Positions 1 through 10,760 of a stretch of DNA of 63,466 nucleotides are shown in pieces. The notes beneath the pieces were generated by a model that saw nothing but the letters and a program-made list of their open reading frames with translations, was not told the origin of the DNA and ran no database searches. The stretch covers positions 1-63,466 of the IMG/VR virus record IMGVR_UViG_3300030060_007512; one strand, given 5' to 3'. A program made the translations under genes and the position numbers. Positions within the stretch are counted from its first letter, which is position 1. Every line of letters begins with the position of its first letter. The DNA comes from a virus (Duplodnaviria > Caudoviricetes).

Positions 1-386
1 CGGTTGACTTTCAGAATAATCTAAATAATTTTGGTTCAGGTCAAGTTGTAATGTATAGTGACAGAATAGTTATTGGTACTAAAACAGACTCTATATTACT
101 ATCTACTGCTAATACTATTGCTCTATGCACTCAAAACTGGCAACATGATGTTGATACTGTATTAGATATTTTAACAGATTTAATTGATCAAGTATCTAAA
201 TTATCAACTGAAGTACAAAATCAAGCTAGAGCAAGTGCAACACAAACATTTCCAGTACCTATAGTTGGATCAACTTTATTAAGTGTACAATCCCCTACGT
301 TTAGTACATCATTACAAAATGCTATAAATATAAGTACAACAGTAAATTCATTAAAAAGTAATTTAGAAGCATTAAAGCAAAAATAG
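1..386 (+). CDS. 5'-truncated structural protein, possibly the C-terminal part of a baseplate spike (gp5-like)
   Basis: Frame open from base 3 (VDFQNNLNNFGSGQVVMYSDRIVIG...); ends in a coiled coil; lies upstream of gp25/gp6-like genes. Confidence 0.4.
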   Translation, partial: VDFQNNLNNFGSGQVVMYSDRIVIGTKTDSILLSTANTIALCTQNWQHDVDTVLDILTDLIDQVSKLSTEVQNQARASATQTFPVPIVGSTLLSVQSPTFSTSLQNAINISTTVNSLKSNLEALKQK

Positions 387-432
387 AAGTGGTTTATATT
401 TATTATATATACCATAATTGTGGAGAAAAAAA

Positions 433-780
433 ATGGCAAAAGTAAACAAATTAGCTCAAGTTATAAGAAAAATAGTACGTGAAGAAGTACAAAAAGAAGT
501 ACGAAATGTATTAAACGAGCAAAAACAAAAATCTAATGTTGATAGTTTAACACTTAATGAAGCGTTATCTCAAACAGAAGATGATTTTCCAACTATGAAA
601 CAATTCACCTCACAAGATGCAAGAGCAGGTTTCGCTGCTTTACAAAACGGGTACGACCAACCACCAAATGCATTAGAAGGACATAATGGTAGAATAGTTT
701 CAACTGACAAGGTGGATCCTTCTGTTACAAAAGCTATGACAAGAGATTATTCAGAATTAGTAAAGAGGTTTAAGAAATAA
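433..780 (+). CDS. Hypothetical protein with N-terminal IRKIVREEV...LNE motif
   Basis: GGAG SD at 422-425 favours ATG 433 over the ORF-track start at 418. Confidence 0.6.
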   Translation: MAKVNKLAQVIRKIVREEVQKEVRNVLNEQKQKSNVDSLTLNEALSQTEDDFPTMKQFTSQDARAGFAALQNGYDQPPNALEGHNGRIVSTDKVDPSVTKAMTRDYSELVKRFKK

Positions 781-1196
781 TGGCAAAATTAGTACCATCA
801 TTATCAAGCGAGCAAATTGTACTTTCAGGTGATATAGCTGTAGGTATTGGATTTCCTTTGAACGTTGGTACTCCTAATCAAAATTTTACTACCACTAAAC
901 AGATTCATGATAATTTAAGAAATTTAATATTAACTATGAAAGGTGAAAGACCTATGCAACCTACTTTTGGTAGTGATCTTTACAATTTACTTTTCGAACC
1001 TCTTTATGAAGACACATTAACATTAGCTTGTTCAGACGCAATTAAATCAGCTGTAGCGCAGTGGATGCCGTTTGTTACTATAGAAGATGTTGATGTACAA
1101 GAACAAAGAGATAAGAATTTAATATTTGTTAGAGTATCATATAGTGTTCAAGGATGGACGCCTGACAATACACTTAATTTAGCGGTGAAAGTATAA
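780..1196 (+). CDS. Baseplate wedge subunit, gp25/GPW family
   Basis: LRNLILTMKGERPMQPTFGSDL...LFEP...WMP signature; 138 aa. Confidence 0.9.
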   Translation: MAKLVPSLSSEQIVLSGDIAVGIGFPLNVGTPNQNFTTTKQIHDNLRNLILTMKGERPMQPTFGSDLYNLLFEPLYEDTLTLACSDAIKSAVAQWMPFVTIEDVDVQEQRDKNLIFVRVSYSVQGWTPDNTLNLAVKV

Positions 1197-3073
1197 TGGC
1201 TTATAATGGATCAAATCAAATAAAAGATGTAAAATATACACATAGAGACTTCGGTGGGTTAAAAAATAAACTTATTGAATTTGCTAAAACTTATTTTCCA
1301 AGTTCAGTAACAGACTTTTCAGAAGCTTCACCTTCAACTATGTTTATTGAAATGGCAGCATACGTAGGTGATGTTCTTTCTTTCTATACTGATTATGCAA
1401 TGAAAGAAACGATGCTTCATAGAGCAACAGAAAAGAAAAATATTTATGCTATTGCTCAAGCTTTCGGGTACAAGCCTAAACTAACAGCACCTGCAACTGT
1501 AAATATAAAAGTAATGTGCTTGATACCTTCTGCAGGTACAGGTAATAACATAAAACCTAATTACGATTATGCACCACGTATTGCATCAGGTATGACTATA
1601 TCAGACGCAGGCGGGACTAAATTTCATACAAATGATGTAGTTGATTTTGCTGTTTCTAGTTCAGTTGATCAAACTGATATACAAGTATATTCAACAGATG
1701 CATCAACCGGTAGACCAGAGTTTTATATATTTTCAAAAACAGTAAATGCTATGAGTGGTCAAAAATTGGTAAAGCAGATACAAACCGGGCCAGTTAGAGA
1801 GTATCCTTCTTTTATAGTTAATGATACACAAGTACAGAGTATTGATTCGGTTGTAGATTCAGATGGTAATAGTTGGACACAAGTTCCATTTTTAGCTCAA
1901 TCTACAGTATTTGATGAATCAGTAAATGATATAGCAAACGATCCTTACTTATCTGAAGGATCTAATAACACGCCTTATGTATTAAGATTAAAAACAGTTA
2001 AGAGAAGGTTTACAACTAGAATAACTGAAGGTGAAAAAATAGAGTTAAGATTTGGTGCTGGTATTACTGGTGATCAAGATGAAACTATTATACCTAATCC
2101 TGAAAATATTGGTTCAAACTTACCATCTGGTGTTAATAATTTAGATAAAGCTTTTGATCCTTCTAACTTTCTTTATACAGATGTATATGGTCAAGCCCCA
2201 GGTAATACTACTTTAACAGTAAGATATACAAAGGGATATGGACTAGGTGCAAATGTACCAAGTGGAACAATTACTAATATTGATAGTAAAACAGTAACAT
2301 TTGATCCTGCTAAAACTTTAATAAGCGGTACAAGAACTGCTGTTGTAGATTCTATAACTATTAATAATGATGAGCCTGCATCTGGTGGTGCAGCTTCTGA
2401 AAATACAGAAACTGTTAGACAGAATGCTCTAGGATATTTTGCTACTCAAAATAGAATGGTAACAAGAGAAGATTATGTAGTTCGTGCTTTAAGTATGCCA
2501 TCTAAATTTGGCTCAGTTGCTAAAGCATTTGTAGCATCAGATGAACAAATGTTGCCAAATGAAGTTAGTGCTAATAATCCATTAGCGGTAAATTTATATG
2601 TACTAACTTATAATAAAGATAAACAGCTAACAACTGTTCCAAGAGCTGCTAAAGATAATTTAAGAACATATTTATCTCAATATAGAATGTTAACTGATGC
2701 TATCAACATAAAAGATGGTTTTATAGTTAATATAGGTATTGACTTTGAAATTACCGTATTACCGGGACATAATTCGAACGAGGTATTATTAAAATGCATA
2801 AAATCATTAAGTGATAAATATAATATTGATAAATTAAGTTTTGCAAGTGCTCTTTATTTAACTGACATATATTTATGTTTAGCTAATGTATTAGGAGTGC
2901 AATCAGTAACAGATGTAAAGGTTAAAAATTTATTTAATGGAGATTATTCTGAACATAGATATAATTTACAAGAAGCAGAATATCAAAATGTAATTTATCC
3001 ATCATTAGATCCTTCTGTATTTGAAATAAAGTTTCCGTCTAAAGATATTAGTGGTAAAGTAATAACGTATTAG
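1196..3073 (+). CDS. Baseplate wedge protein, T4 gp6/baseplate J-like
   Basis: DF..LK..LI, AYVGDVLSFY, LRFGAG, GANV, GG...E, QNRMVTREDY motifs; follows gp25. Confidence 0.9.
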   Translation: MAYNGSNQIKDVKYTHRDFGGLKNKLIEFAKTYFPSSVTDFSEASPSTMFIEMAAYVGDVLSFYTDYAMKETMLHRATEKKNIYAIAQAFGYKPKLTAPATVNIKVMCLIPSAGTGNNIKPNYDYAPRIASGMTISDAGGTKFHTNDVVDFAVSSSVDQTDIQVYSTDASTGRPEFYIFSKTVNAMSGQKLVKQIQTGPVREYPSFIVNDTQVQSIDSVVDSDGNSWTQVPFLAQSTVFDESVNDIANDPYLSEGSNNTPYVLRLKTVKRRFTTRITEGEKIELRFGAGITGDQDETIIPNPENIGSNLPSGVNNLDKAFDPSNFLYTDVYGQAPGNTTLTVRYTKGYGLGANVPSGTITNIDSKTVTFDPAKTLISGTRTAVVDSITINNDEPASGGAASENTETVRQNALGYFATQNRMVTREDYVVRALSMPSKFGSVAKAFVASDEQMLPNEVSANNPLAVNLYVLTYNKDKQLTTVPRAAKDNLRTYLSQYRMLTDAINIKDGFIVNIGIDFEITVLPGHNSNEVLLKCIKSLSDKYNIDKLSFASALYLTDIYLCLANVLGVQSVTDVKVKNLFNGDYSEHRYNLQEAEYQNVIYPSLDPSVFEIKFPSKDISGKVITY

Positions 3074-3081
3074 GGATAATT

Positions 3082-4164
3082 ATGATAAAGACTATATTTC
3101 CATCTAAGGATGCAACATTATACGAACATACAGCTAGTATGAATACTGGTCTAGATCCTATACTTGATATACAAAAAGACGTTTCAGGATCAGGAGGAGA
3201 TCTATTTCGCTCTAGAGCTGTAATACAGTTTGATACTGACACTGTTTCTGCTTCTTTAGCTGCTCAAGGAATTAACACAGGTTCGGATTCAGGAAGCTTA
3301 AAATATTTCTTAAAGATGTTTGTATCAGAAGAAGTTGATGTACCTTTAGCCTATAAGTTAGTAGTTCACCCAATAAGAGAAGGGTGGACTATGGGTTCAG
3401 GAAAATTTACAAGTTCTCCTATCGTTACTAACGGATGTTCATGGACTAATAAAGGTGCCCAAGCTTGGGAAGATGCTGGTGGGTATTTCTTTTCTGGTTC
3501 ACATGCATCTGAATCTGTTATACAAACATTTAGCAATGTTACAGGTGATATTGAAGTAGATGTAACAGAAATGATTGAAACTATACATAGCGGCACTAGA
3601 CACAATTTTGGTTTTATAGTAAAGCGAGTAAGCTCTGAAGAAAGTGATGAAAATGAATTTGGAAAATTATCTTATTATTCAAGAGAAACTAATACTATTT
3701 ATCCACCAAAGTTAGAAGCAAGATATAAAGATGTAAGTAACTCTTTTGATGTAGCTGCAACTGGTTCCGAAGTTACTGTAAATGATATTATAAAAATAAG
3801 ACCTAGATTACAGCCTGAATATAGACGCGGAGATACTACTAGAATTTTTGTAGATATTGATAAGCAATATAGTGGTCGCTCTCAAGTTGGAGCTGCTGGT
3901 GTTATTTCAAGACATTATTTACCGCAATCATCTTCATTTGCAATTAAAGATGTTGCAACTAATGAATATGTTTTTAATCATGATGAAAATTATACTCAAA
4001 TCGGTAGAACAAATAACACGTTAAATTATTTTGATTTAGATACAAATGGATTATTTCCTGAAAGACATTATTGTGTAGAATTCAAAGTAAATTATTATTC
4101 AGGCACTAGTGTAGTGGCTACAAAACATTATAAACCAAATTTATATTTTAGAATAGCGAGATAA
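3082..4164 (+). CDS. Virion structural protein with DNRLRE/CBM96-like beta domain
   Basis: KDATLYE...NTG...RAVIQFD...W..G...W...GG...YSRE....PKLE pattern; baseplate context. Confidence 0.55.
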   Translation: MIKTIFPSKDATLYEHTASMNTGLDPILDIQKDVSGSGGDLFRSRAVIQFDTDTVSASLAAQGINTGSDSGSLKYFLKMFVSEEVDVPLAYKLVVHPIREGWTMGSGKFTSSPIVTNGCSWTNKGAQAWEDAGGYFFSGSHASESVIQTFSNVTGDIEVDVTEMIETIHSGTRHNFGFIVKRVSSEESDENEFGKLSYYSRETNTIYPPKLEARYKDVSNSFDVAATGSEVTVNDIIKIRPRLQPEYRRGDTTRIFVDIDKQYSGRSQVGAAGVISRHYLPQSSSFAIKDVATNEYVFNHDENYTQIGRTNNTLNYFDLDTNGLFPERHYCVEFKVNYYSGTSVVATKHYKPNLYFRIAR

Positions 4165-4165
4165 C

Positions 4166-5731
4166 ATGGCATACGGAGCATCAGGTGGAGGATCAGGACA
4201 ATCTTCGTTTACGGCAGATACAAATCAAACCGCAAACGCAAGAGAAACGCCTACGGGTAATGGTAGAAATAGTGTTTCTTATGAATCAACGTTTGATGGT
4301 AAACCTGATACATCACCAGCTGATACTGGTTCTATTTATAACATAATAGGTGAAACACCCGGAACAATAGATGTTGATGATTCGTTTTTTATTACTGACG
4401 AATTTGAGGATGGTGATCTCGTAAATATTTTATCTAGAAAATTACGTAATCCTATTTTCGATAAGAGTGATATTGAAGAAGCTCAAGATATAAAAATATT
4501 TGAACTATTACCTAAAGAACCTACATACCCTGATACACCACCTCAATCGTTAGATGTATATGTCGCTAATTGGTCACGTGTAATTAACTTTGGTGGTGTT
4601 ACTGATCCAACAAAAGATCCAAGAGTAGAAAGTTTAGGTGACTGGTCTATTGAGCAGTGGACTGAACGTCATAGATGGCCTACAGTTGCAACGCTTGATC
4701 CTACATATATGTTCTTTACTCAAGACCCTGCATTATTTTATTCCGCAAATGCTATAAGTCACTATGAGCCTGATGAAAACGGTGATATACAAGCAATAAA
4801 AATACCAGACACAGAGGTAAGTTGGCTATTAGATGGTAAAGAAGTTGCCTCAGGTAAGCCATTCTTAAGACTTTCAGCGTTAGATAGAACAGTTGAGGTT
4901 AGAGACGGAGTAGGTGCAGTGATACCTAGAACGCTAACTTGTGTAGTAAAAAATGATAAAGGTGAATTTAGAAAAGATGTAAAATTTGCTGCTATAAATT
5001 CAGATGATTCTGGCACATTAGAAAATGTATCAGGATTAGGTGATAGTGAAGTAGATAACTTTTCATCTACTTACGAAGGTTCATTTGTATACGATAATAA
5101 TCCTGATAGCCCTAACTATAAAAGAGCTGTATTTGAACCCGATCCAAGATATGAAGCAAGAAGAATTTTTGTAAGATTTAGATGGGATCCGTTCGATAAA
5201 GATAAATGGTCAAGAAGAAGAAAGTTTAAGAAAAATACAGCTACTGTTACAATTGATGGTCAAAGAGTATTCAGAGGACCTGGTACTGATATGCACGATA
5301 AGTTTAAGAATAGAGATAAGAAGAAAGGAAGACATCAGGATGCTATGGCTTATTTTCCTGAAATTTTTAACGATAACGGTAGACTAAAGACAAAATATAG
5401 AAATAAAGGCGGCGGACAATTAGCTGATATAGGTGTATTTGATTTAACACAAGGAAGAAAATCTGCTCTATTTTATGATGAAATAGACAAAGGTGAGGGC
5501 GATTTATATATGTTCGAAAAGAAGCCAGGTCCATTTACAGGTAAAGTATATCTTAAAAAACGAGTAAGAAAGGGTGGCTGGTTTAGTAAGAAGATAGATG
5601 TATTTTATGAAAAAAATCTTAGCTTTGTTAATAATGAGCTATCATTAGATACAGCATTTAATACAGAAACAAATACAGTACAAGATATTGATCTTGGTGT
5701 ATTTAATGTAAGTTATACAAAGGGTGATTAA
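4166..5731 (+). CDS. Hypothetical baseplate-region protein
   Basis: 521-aa ORF tightly coupled to neighbours; acidic N-part, basic C-part. Confidence 0.5.
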   Translation: MAYGASGGGSGQSSFTADTNQTANARETPTGNGRNSVSYESTFDGKPDTSPADTGSIYNIIGETPGTIDVDDSFFITDEFEDGDLVNILSRKLRNPIFDKSDIEEAQDIKIFELLPKEPTYPDTPPQSLDVYVANWSRVINFGGVTDPTKDPRVESLGDWSIEQWTERHRWPTVATLDPTYMFFTQDPALFYSANAISHYEPDENGDIQAIKIPDTEVSWLLDGKEVASGKPFLRLSALDRTVEVRDGVGAVIPRTLTCVVKNDKGEFRKDVKFAAINSDDSGTLENVSGLGDSEVDNFSSTYEGSFVYDNNPDSPNYKRAVFEPDPRYEARRIFVRFRWDPFDKDKWSRRRKFKKNTATVTIDGQRVFRGPGTDMHDKFKNRDKKKGRHQDAMAYFPEIFNDNGRLKTKYRNKGGGQLADIGVFDLTQGRKSALFYDEIDKGEGDLYMFEKKPGPFTGKVYLKKRVRKGGWFSKKIDVFYEKNLSFVNNELSLDTAFNTETNTVQDIDLGVFNVSYTKGD

Positions 5732-5733
5732 CG

Positions 5734-8700
5734 ATGGCTTTAGATAGAACAGAATTTATATTAGATGATTTTCACGCACCTGAGTTTGATCCTAACTTAG
5801 GTAACACTATAAAAATTACATCTGGTGAAACATACCTTAATGCACCTTCTAATCTTGATTTAATAACTATAGATCTTTTAGATGAAGTTGATAGTGTTGT
5901 AAGTACTTTTACTGGTCATATTAGTAATATAGGTGGTATAAAATATGAAGCAGGATTACTTCATCTAGATACCTTTCAGATAGTTGCATCTCAATTTGGT
6001 AGAACAAGCGGTGGCTATCAGATTAAAATTAGTGGATATAGAAATTATATTCATGATGCTATTGTAGATCCTAATGATGAAACAAAACTTGTCGATGTAG
6101 ATGACGCTGTACCTAATCAGATTCAACATAGTAAATTGGAAGTAATTGAAGTATCTAAATCAGGTACAGAAGTTCGATTAAAAGCAACAGCTAAAAATGC
6201 TGTTTCGTTTGCAAATTTTTATAATTTTGAAACTCCTGGCTCGTTACCAATAGATGGATTCTATTGGAAGTATATGAACTTCTCTGATAATCCAAATATT
6301 AATACTACTGTTTATTTTGCAAAATATATCGACGGATATAATCCTTCTAAAAATTTAGCATTTTCTTCTGAAGCACAATATGCTGCTCATAGGGTTGAAC
6401 GAGGCTTAATGGGCCAAGACGGTGATGGTAGGTATGTGTATGATGGTGTTAGAGAAGTAAATCCTGATGGGTCTTTTCAATTTATACAATTTGTTGGTAA
6501 TCAAGGAGTAGCTGGATCAGCAGATGATATATGGCCTGTATATTTACAAGTTACTAAACCTTTATCAGGTGACAAATTAAATCTTGTTGCATTAAATTGG
6601 ATGTATCATGAGTATGTTCCTAAACCTGATGTGTCAAGTCCGAACGACCAACCTGAGCCAGTAGATACATTAATATTAAAACTCGCATCACCTGTACCAC
6701 CCTCTCTAAAAGCCGGAATTCAAGTTTCATTACTAAGACCGTTATTTATACCTTACAATGTTAACGTTGATATCGATATTCCTTTCTTAATAGATGAATC
6801 ATTTACCGAGTTAAGAGGGCCGAATCTACGCCTTGGGTTAGAAAAAAATTCAGCTAAAGCAACTTTAATTAAGAATGAAGAAGAATTGGTTGGTACTAAT
6901 CAAGATATTAAAAACAGATTAGAAGCTAAAATTATTAGCGGTTCAGGAATTGAAGTAAATTATGATTTTACTCAATATAAAAACTTTGTTCACTTTTCAT
7001 CTGCTGAAGAAAGGCTGAAAAACTTTAGATACAAGATTCAACAAATAGAACATTATGAATCTAAATCATTAGCGTTAGGTGACGGGTTTGCAGGAACTGA
7101 TAGTGATGTAACTGGCTCATCAGATGTAATAGCTAATAAATTGCAGTTTGATAATTTGAAAAGAGGATTCATTAGAAGTTTTACACCATATGAAGAGCAT
7201 TTATATTATGAATCATCATCAGTTGAAACCAGATATACCGACGAAGGTGAGATTACGTTAAACCCAACTACGTGGCCTAAATCTAATTCAGAAAGAACAG
7301 GATTAGGATATAATTTATTCTCTGTTACATCATCTGAAGCTACTACATGGTATACTGCTCAATTAACTACAGCATCACTTTACGATCAAACAAATATGTC
7401 TATGTTAAGAAACTCAATACCTATTCATATAAAAACTGATTCGGAAAATCAATCTTATGAAGTATTTATGGATATGGTTGGTGAGCACTTTGATACAATA
7501 TTTCATACTATAAAAGATTTTGAAGAAACATATAACCAAAAAGAGTCGGTATCAGAAGGTATATCAAAAGATTTATTATTAGATGCTGCTAAATCATTTG
7601 GTGTTAATTTATATCCTGGATACAGTTCTGCTGAACTTTGGGATTATGTATTAGGTACTAACAGTTCAGGGACTTATCAAGCATCCGGTTCAGGTGAAAC
7701 TCGCACGTTTGTAAAAAAAGATTCACATTCATCTGGGGATATAGAAAAGCAAACATGGAAACGAATAGTAAATAATTTACCTTTATTGTTAAAAACCAAA
7801 GGTACTGCTAGAGGGATACGAGCATTGCTCACTTCTTATGGCATTCCTTTAACGATATTAAATATTGATGAATACGGCGGTGCACCGGCAGAACGCTCGG
7901 CCGATAAACGAGAAATTCAAAAATTTAATTATGCTGTTGATTTTTCTGGTTCTGCACATATAGAAACAGCGCATAAAGTGATTGATTATGATAACCCTAA
8001 TTTGAACCTTTCTAATACAGGCACATCTAATCGTCTTTTAAGTATGTACGAATTTAGAATCGATACTTCAACTACTGAAAGTATGCACCTCGTAAGTTCA
8101 GATAAAGATGGTGCAGGTGAAGAACAATGGGTACTAATGTTAGAGCATTCATCTTCTGCAGCAGGACACGATTCACCTTCAGCAATCGCTGCAGGATCAG
8201 CATCCGTTTACGCTAATTACGGAAGATTAACATTTTATATATCAGGTTCAGCTGCTCAACCTGCTAAATCATGTTCAACTGATTATGCACCTTTTTATGA
8301 TAATGATTGGTGGAATATATCGTTTGGATGTACTGAATATTCTTATACTAGTAATAATACTTTTGAAATTAGATATGCAAAAGCATCTGAACATGCAGCA
8401 GGAAGAATAACACATTCAGGCTCTGCTTCTGTAAATACTACATCTCAAAATAATAATCAGTGGCATGACGGACAAGAACTTCGATGGGGTGGGTCAGGAT
8501 CATCTGCTCAAGCAGGATCTGATTTTCCTGAGTTAAAATGTTTTCATGGCTCAATGCAAGAGATAAGAGGATGGGCTGAGTACTTATCAACCGATGCTTT
8601 TCATCAACATACTTTAGCACCAACTTCTATAATAGGTGATACTATAGAAAGTGCTTACAATGACCTCTTTTTACGAATACCATTAGGAACAGATTTGAAA

Positions 8701-10035
8701 CGTTATGATGTAACATCAGCAGGTACTACACTTACTCTTGGTCATACAAACTATTCAGGGTCTATTCCAAATAATTATAATGCTGAAAGTGGTTATACTA
8801 CACCTTTCTCTTCTTTGAATAGACCTCGATTTATCGATTGGCAATCAATACCATTTATTCCTAAATCAGAAACGTATTATGTTAAAGTTCCTCACACAGC
8901 AGGGCCATCAAAACATTCAAACAAGATAAGAGTAGAAAATAATACATTACGTAATAATCAATTAAGCAGGGGAGAATCTTTTGAGCAATCTTCATTTGAT
9001 TCTAATCCTTTAGATTCAGAAGATTTATCAGTTGTATTATCACCAGCCGATCAAATTGATACCGATATTTCAATGCAGTTCGGTTCACTAGATTTAGATG
9101 ATTATATAGGTGACCCAAGAGATAAATACAAATATGAATATACAGGTTTAAGAAATCTTAAAAGTTTATATTTCAAAAAATATACTGGTGGAACTAATGT
9201 AATGGCATTCGTTCAATTTTTGAGAGCATTTAATAAAGGACTTTTCAAACAAATTGAAGATATGCTACCAGCTAGAGCTGATGCTATAGTAGGTATAGAA
9301 ATACGACCTAATCTTCTTGAAAGGCATAAAATTGCAACTGTAGCTAGTATGTCTCAAGAAAATTTACAACTTACATCTAGTATAACTTTAACATCAACAC
9401 ATGATCTACCGAACAGTGAAATAATAAATTCACAGACTTTCTTTGGTAGTGACATAGGTACTTTATCAGCATTAATTGGTGTTGGAGCTGCACCGTCTCA
9501 ACAAAGAAGTGGTTCAAATGATTATTTTAATTTATATAGGGGTGCAACTTATTTAAGAGATGTATTTGGTGAAGCAACAGAATCAGCTGTACAAACTTAT
9601 GTTTCAGGCTCACCTATATGGTCAGGCGGTGAAGATTTCAAATTTGTACCTACATTTAATCTATATCATAAGCCTGGTGCGTTTGAAGTGCCTGTAAGTC
9701 AATCCGGTGTAACTGGTTCAGCTGCAAAAGCGATATCAAATTTATATCCAAAATCAGTTGATATACAACCTAACTACATTTATAGCCCAGCACAAAGAAG
9801 ATTAATAATTGAAGGTACTAGAATTAATTCACCTGACTTTAATGTTGGAAGTAGTGAAACTATAGACGGTGGACCTGTTGCTGAATATTTATTAGTAAAT
9901 CCTAATATTATAACTGTTGATCCTAATCAAACAACAGATTCATTTGGCGATCCTGTAAGTCCATTGAGTGGATACAATCAAGGAAGAGGTGGAAGTGGGG
10001 GTACAAATCAAGCTTCACAAATAAATGTAAGATAA
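5734..10035 (+). CDS. Large baseplate wedge protein (gp7/tail protein I-like) with a LamG-like insert
   Basis: LLLKTKGTARGIRALLTSYG motif typical of gp7/gpI family; FHGSMQEIRGW LamG-like end motif. Confidence 0.65.
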   Translation: MALDRTEFILDDFHAPEFDPNLGNTIKITSGETYLNAPSNLDLITIDLLDEVDSVVSTFTGHISNIGGIKYEAGLLHLDTFQIVASQFGRTSGGYQIKISGYRNYIHDAIVDPNDETKLVDVDDAVPNQIQHSKLEVIEVSKSGTEVRLKATAKNAVSFANFYNFETPGSLPIDGFYWKYMNFSDNPNINTTVYFAKYIDGYNPSKNLAFSSEAQYAAHRVERGLMGQDGDGRYVYDGVREVNPDGSFQFIQFVGNQGVAGSADDIWPVYLQVTKPLSGDKLNLVALNWMYHEYVPKPDVSSPNDQPEPVDTLILKLASPVPPSLKAGIQVSLLRPLFIPYNVNVDIDIPFLIDESFTELRGPNLRLGLEKNSAKATLIKNEEELVGTNQDIKNRLEAKIISGSGIEVNYDFTQYKNFVHFSSAEERLKNFRYKIQQIEHYESKSLALGDGFAGTDSDVTGSSDVIANKLQFDNLKRGFIRSFTPYEEHLYYESSSVETRYTDEGEITLNPTTWPKSNSERTGLGYNLFSVTSSEATTWYTAQLTTASLYDQTNMSMLRNSIPIHIKTDSENQSYEVFMDMVGEHFDTIFHTIKDFEETYNQKESVSEGISKDLLLDAAKSFGVNLYPGYSSAELWDYVLGTNSSGTYQASGSGETRTFVKKDSHSSGDIEKQTWKRIVNNLPLLLKTKGTARGIRALLTSYGIPLTILNIDEYGGAPAERSADKREIQKFNYAVDFSGSAHIETAHKVIDYDNPNLNLSNTGTSNRLLSMYEFRIDTSTTESMHLVSSDKDGAGEEQWVLMLEHSSSAAGHDSPSAIAAGSASVYANYGRLTFYISGSAAQPAKSCSTDYAPFYDNDWWNISFGCTEYSYTSNNTFEIRYAKASEHAAGRITHSGSASVNTTSQNNNQWHDGQELRWGGSGSSAQAGSDFPELKCFHGSMQEIRGWAEYLSTDAFHQHTLAPTSIIGDTIESAYNDLFLRIPLGTDLKRYDVTSAGTTLTLGHTNYSGSIPNNYNAESGYTTPFSSLNRPRFIDWQSIPFIPKSETYYVKVPHTAGPSKHSNKIRVENNTLRNNQLSRGESFEQSSFDSNPLDSEDLSVVLSPADQIDTDISMQFGSLDLDDYIGDPRDKYKYEYTGLRNLKSLYFKKYTGGTNVMAFVQFLRAFNKGLFKQIEDMLPARADAIVGIEIRPNLLERHKIATVASMSQENLQLTSSITLTSTHDLPNSEIINSQTFFGSDIGTLSALIGVGAAPSQQRSGSNDYFNLYRGATYLRDVFGEATESAVQTYVSGSPIWSGGEDFKFVPTFNLYHKPGAFEVPVSQSGVTGSAAKAISNLYPKSVDIQPNYIYSPAQRRLIIEGTRINSPDFNVGSSETIDGGPVAEYLLVNPNIITVDPNQTTDSFGDPVSPLSGYNQGRGGSGGTNQASQINVR

Positions 10036-10090
10036 CTACTAAAAATTAATTAAATGTATATTTATTATATATAAGAATAGGAGAGTAAAA

Positions 10091-10750
10091 ATGGGATATT
10101 TAGATAACACATCTGTAACTGTTGATGCAGTTCTCACCAAGCTTGGAAGACAAAGACTTGCAGAGGGCGCACTCAGTATTACAAAGTTTGCACTTGCAGA
10201 TGATGAAGTAAATTATGCGATGTATGATACTTCACATAATTTAGGAACTTCGTTTTATGGTGAAGCTATAGAAAGAATGCCTCTTTTAGAAGCATTTACA
10301 AATGATCCACAAGCGATGAATAATAAACTGGTAACATTACCTAAAAATACACAAATACTACCTGTAGTAACTTTAGCACAATCATCTATATCTTTAACTA
10401 ATCCAGGTCAAACAGTAACATTAGAACCTCAAACATTGAATATCCTCAACGCAAATGCTTCAGGATATACATTTACAATTGGTAATACTGATATTGTTTC
10501 AATGCAAGTTATGGAAATGGCTACACAAACAGGAGGTACTGAAACCACAGCAATGCAAGCTAGAGGAGCTGGTTATATACCCCCTCAAACAGGAAATAAA
10601 TTATCAGGGACGGTTATTGGAATGTCAGTAAAACTTACTGCGTATTCTATTACTCAAACTACTTCAACAACACTTACAATATCAGGTAATGGTACAGGAG
10701 GGACAGTTACTGTTCCAGTTACTATTTCCAGAGATACATCACTAGACTAG
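10091..10750 (+). CDS. Baseplate/tail-collar structural protein
   Basis: DAVLTKLGRQRLAEG...ITKFALADDE resembles the N-terminal half of the tail-collar fibre domain; AGGAG SD. Confidence 0.55.
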   Translation: MGYLDNTSVTVDAVLTKLGRQRLAEGALSITKFALADDEVNYAMYDTSHNLGTSFYGEAIERMPLLEAFTNDPQAMNNKLVTLPKNTQILPVVTLAQSSISLTNPGQTVTLEPQTLNILNANASGYTFTIGNTDIVSMQVMEMATQTGGTETTAMQARGAGYIPPQTGNKLSGTVIGMSVKLTAYSITQTTSTTLTISGNGTGGTVTVPVTISRDTSLD

Positions 10751-10760
10751 GAGAGAGTAA